Assembly: GCF_964355755.1 (NCBI RefSeq)
Contig: NC_092674.1
Span: 6,138,001 to 6,202,000, forward strand
Length of the DNA: 64,000 nt
Source of the DNA: Antedon mediterranea
Lineage: Eukaryota; Animalia; Echinodermata
Direction: 5' to 3'
Part shown: positions 53,904 through 64,000 of the stretch, piece after piece
Layout: every line of letters starts with the position of its first letter
How positions within the stretch are numbered: the stretch's first letter is position 1
Position numbers and translations under genes: made by a program
Notes under the pieces: model-generated
What the model was told of the DNA's origin: nothing
The model's database searches: none
What the model saw: only the letters and a program-made list of their open reading frames with translations

Positions 53904-54230
53904 AACCTCTGTCTACACTATCAAACTGTATGTGACAACAAAATGTGATGTGCCCATATATGGACATGATGATGTCATATCACTACCATATTTGGGCACA
54001 TTACACTTTTTTGTCAAACTAGTTTTATTTTTTTTTCTCTTTCGTAGGTTTAGCCCACTTTTATTAATTATTTCATTCCATGACAAAGATATACAAAGAT
54101 TAAATATTTAAAAAATGTGTTTATAGCATGTATGTACAATATGGTTATAAGAGATATCTTTTTAAAACATAGCATAATTGGTTATATTGGCACATACCCA
54201 AACTAGTTTTATAGTGTAGACAGAGCTTTA
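53904..54230. mobile_element. MITE family A fragments in the OTUD4-like 3' region
   Basis: Left TIR and core at 53904-54025; right-TIR fragment at about 54185-54228. Confidence 0.7.
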
Positions 54231-55581
54231 GGATTATTCTGATAAGATTATTCTCATTATTATTATGTTTTACATTGAGTAATGTTTGAGAGGTGTGTGT
54301 TTTAAAGTGAAGTTGATGTAATACATTGTGATACTGATTGGGGAACAAACCCCACGAAATTATCTTACAAGTATCTTATAAAATGTGATATGTTAATGGT
54401 TGCCTAGTGTTACCTGTCAAGGTTTTCCATTAGATCAAATACCTTTCTTCTTCGCATTCTGGATGTTCCGTTCATCAGGACATAAACGATCTAATAACGC
54501 AAATTAGTATATAAATAAAATGTATCTATAGCAAATATCTTATGGCATAGAACTGCATTCATATTTTAACGTTTATTGTATAAACTATTTCTTTGTATCA
54601 CAATACAATCTATTGTCAAAATATAGACAACATGGAAATTAAAATATATGTTTAAAATAAATATGTAAATTAATTTTGTATGAAAGAAATGTTATGTTTA
54701 GAAAAATGTTTGTCCTTATTGTAAAGCAAAGGTGATGATTTATTTTGTAAGGCATTATCAAAAGCAATGTGGTGTTAAATAAGTGTGGAACTTTAAAGAG
54801 GAAATTCTTACGCATATATTTGTTATGGACTGCTGTGTGTCGTCCTTGGAATATTGAGAAAATTGAGTAAAAAAATTGTATATTCTTCAGAGTGTAGTTT
54901 AAGTGAAGTAACATAGTTTTGTGTAAGTGAAATGAAAAAAAAATGCAAAAAACAATATTTTGGTAATGAAAATAAGAAAAAGATTTATTTTTGTAGTATT
55001 GTAGTCCAAAGAATCAAAACAGTATTTGTTTGTCAGTGTCCAAAAGAATTTAAATATTGTGTTCCTGTATCAAGTGTGTTTAAGAAAGATGTATAGTGCA
55101 CCCTGTTTTTTTAAGTCTTGCACAAAAACATTTTTATTATATTTATATAAAATATACATGATATGTATGAAGGTGTTTCTTAGAATTTGCATATGCAAAT
55201 ATTTATACCTATGCTATGTTAAACATTGGCTTACACTGTATAAATATCTATGTATAAAATTTAAATATATTGAAAATATGGGTTAAATAAGTAAAAAAAA
55301 CAGGGAAATTGTATGGAATAACTTGTATTTTGTTTTTAAAAAGAAATTGTCAGTTTTGTTAAATGTATGGTTGAATCAGAAGATATATTTGTTGTTTCGT
55401 AATGCACCTCTGTAGAAAAAATATAAGTACGAGAAACTACATTTCATACATGCAACTTCCGATATACATTGTGTCTATTGTACTGTGTATGTAGAAGTTT
55501 ATCTTATTTTTTTTTAATTATCAAATCAGAAACATTTTCCTTACTTTTGTTAAAAAATGTATTTTTATTTTGTTTGAATTC

Positions 55582-55697
55582 TCTGTAAGCCGTGAAGTTC
55601 AGCATCGTGAGCAGATAGATTATGGAGATGAGAAAAACATCTGTAAGCCGTGAAGTTCAGCATCGTGAGCAGATAGATTATGGAGATGAGAAAAACA
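55582..55697. repeat. Exact 58-bp tandem duplication
   Basis: tctgtaagccgtgaagttcagcatcgtgagcagatagattatggagatgagaaaaaca occurs twice. Confidence 0.95.
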
Positions 55698-56504
55698 CTC
55701 CACATTTTACCAGCTTTTACCAGGTTCTAGGTTTTACAGACAATTTTAAATATTACTTTTCAGATTTTTAAAACAAATGTATCAAAGGCTTAGTAATTAT
55801 TTTTTTCTGTACAACAATACATTTTAAATATGTATTTAATTTCATGTGATGTTTTACAAACCGACTTAACAGTGAATTGGGCTATTCCTGTTTCTGTATG
55901 CTCTATCCATAATTATACTGTAGGCCTACACCGAAGCATAGAACTACATAGAATAATAACTAAATTTACTGTATTCAATGTAATATTGATTAATAGATTG
56001 TTAAAAATTGTACTGAAGTAAAATTAATGGTAGATCATTTTTAAATTGTATTTAGTATTTAAAATGTGTTTATTTGCCTTTGTTAATTTGCTTTTTTTTT
56101 TTTTTATAACTTCACGTATTGTATTGTTTTTTGGTCACAGTATATATTGTTATTGACTGTGTATTATTGTGTCGTAGCGCACATATGTTTCTCACTGCCA
56201 AATGACATCAAAGTAATAATAATTATATCTAATCTATATGACACTTAGGATCAAAGAATTGTTTAAAACTCATTATATTGCTCAATTCTATAAATGCAGT
56301 CACAATTATTTGAAATAAACTGTCATTCAATTTCCACAGCACTATAATACTGTGTTGAACTGTTTGTACTGTGTGTCAATCAATGTATTGTGGTCTATGC
56401 GTAGAGAATTAGAACTTTTTAAACAGATTTAAAACATATATATTTACATAATTATACTGGCACATTATCCAGTACCTACTTATAAAGTCAAGTTATGAGA
56501 GAAA

Positions 56505-56580
56505 AGACAATATAGGGGGCGGTATTTACACGTGTCTTTTTGATGGTGGAAGATCTCCATCCTGTCAGGGATCGAGCATT
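56505..56580 (+). promoter_or_regulatory. Putative promoter and non-coding exon 1 of ABCE1
   Basis: GC box GGGGGCGG (56515), CACGTG (about 56528), donor gtaagt at 56581 and acceptor cacag at 57262 just upstream of the ATG. Confidence 0.5.
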
Positions 56581-57285
56581 GTAAGTCAATTAAATATTAC
56601 ATTTTGTTGTGAAATAACTTTTTAAATTGGAATCGCTTTTGCGTTAGTTGTTAGTCGGATAATCCGTGGTCAGCATAATTTGTTCAATGATATTGTTTGA
56701 CAGTGATAAACGTTTGTATTTATTCAATGTTCACGAACATATTGTTTCACTTTCTGTATGTAGGCTAGCCGCGGCCTAGCTTGATGGCCTCTCTGTTATA
56801 GGCCTAGGCTACCCCTTGTTGACCCAGCTCCTTTTAGTCCGACTACCCTACTAGGCCTAGAAGCAAGTTTGGTAGCCCTAACTACTCTAGTCTTCTTTAT
56901 ATCAAAGTGATCTGGGCTAGCCTATGCCTAGTCTGGCTTACAATTTAACTACTTAAAAAATAACATTGAATTTCTAAAAATTAATTATTAAATTTATTAG
57001 GCCCCCTAGTTTTATTTATTAGTTAGGCCTAGACTAGTAGGAGGAGACTATTTTATACTTATGTCATGTAGGCATAGAATTGGAACTACAGTATTTAATT
57101 AAACAAATTTGAACAATGGTTAAAATTGTACTTGTATCACTACAGGTTTTATCTAATATGTTGAGCTACAATTGCCTATTTCAAATTACTGTATATTGTT
57201 TTTTATTTTTAATACAATATTTGATATGTGTTTTTAATTATTAAAGTACCTTAATTTCACAGGAGATAATTAGGTCATCATCATC

Positions 57286-63754
<6,469 letters not shown>

Positions 63755-64000
63755 GTAAACGAACAACCACAACCTCTACAGAGGTCTTGTTTTTACTAGC
63801 ATGTTTTACGGAGCACTTATTACAGTATAAACGAAGCCCAGTTATTCTTAAAGCGAGTCAGTTGGCCGAGTGGTTAAAGCAGAGGCACCATTTACCATAT
63901 AGTCCAGATCCCTATGTCAAAAAAAGTGCCTTCGTGTGCAGATCATGGGGAAAGTGTAAACATTGTGTTTTATGAATATTTGAATCATGCTGGTTATAAA

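Noticed and set aside
54429-54495. Minus-strand CTGATGA flanked by an 8-bp inverted repeat (hammerhead or C/D snoRNA candidate)
   Set aside because: No GAAA after the short stem, no proper CTGA D box, and no minus-strand host intron at this position.

Overview
AT-rich, intron-rich eukaryotic (animal) genomic DNA, most likely a marine invertebrate deuterostome such as an echinoderm (inferred from gene content and repeat style, not demonstrated). By hand I reconstructed five spliced genes with GT-AG introns and consistent phases. (1) A PDGF/VEGF-family ligand with VEGF-C/D-type cysteine-rich C-terminal repeats (+, 5' end incomplete). (2) Cyclin G (-). (3) Cyclin I (+), head-to-head with cyclin G around a short shared promoter. 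(4) An OTUD4/ALG13/otu-type OTU-Tudor deubiquitinase (+, 21 coding exons). (5) ABCE1/RLI1 (+, runs off the window end). Introns and UTRs are packed with non-autonomous DNA transposons (about 25 copies of one Harbinger/Tourist-like MITE, plus piggyBac-, hAT-, Tc1/mariner- and ANT-TSD-type elements), tRNA-derived SINEs, Penelope-like remnants and minisatellites. Most ORFs in the supplied track are spurious or are exon fragments. The most notable observations are: cyclin G has lost both partners of the near-invariant cyclin-box Arg-Asp salt bridge; a poly-Asp tract follows the putative convertase site of the VEGF; the cyclin G/I pair is a compact bidirectional unit; and the gene neighbourhood matches human chromosome 4q. 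I found no clear evidence of a wholly new multi-gene system.
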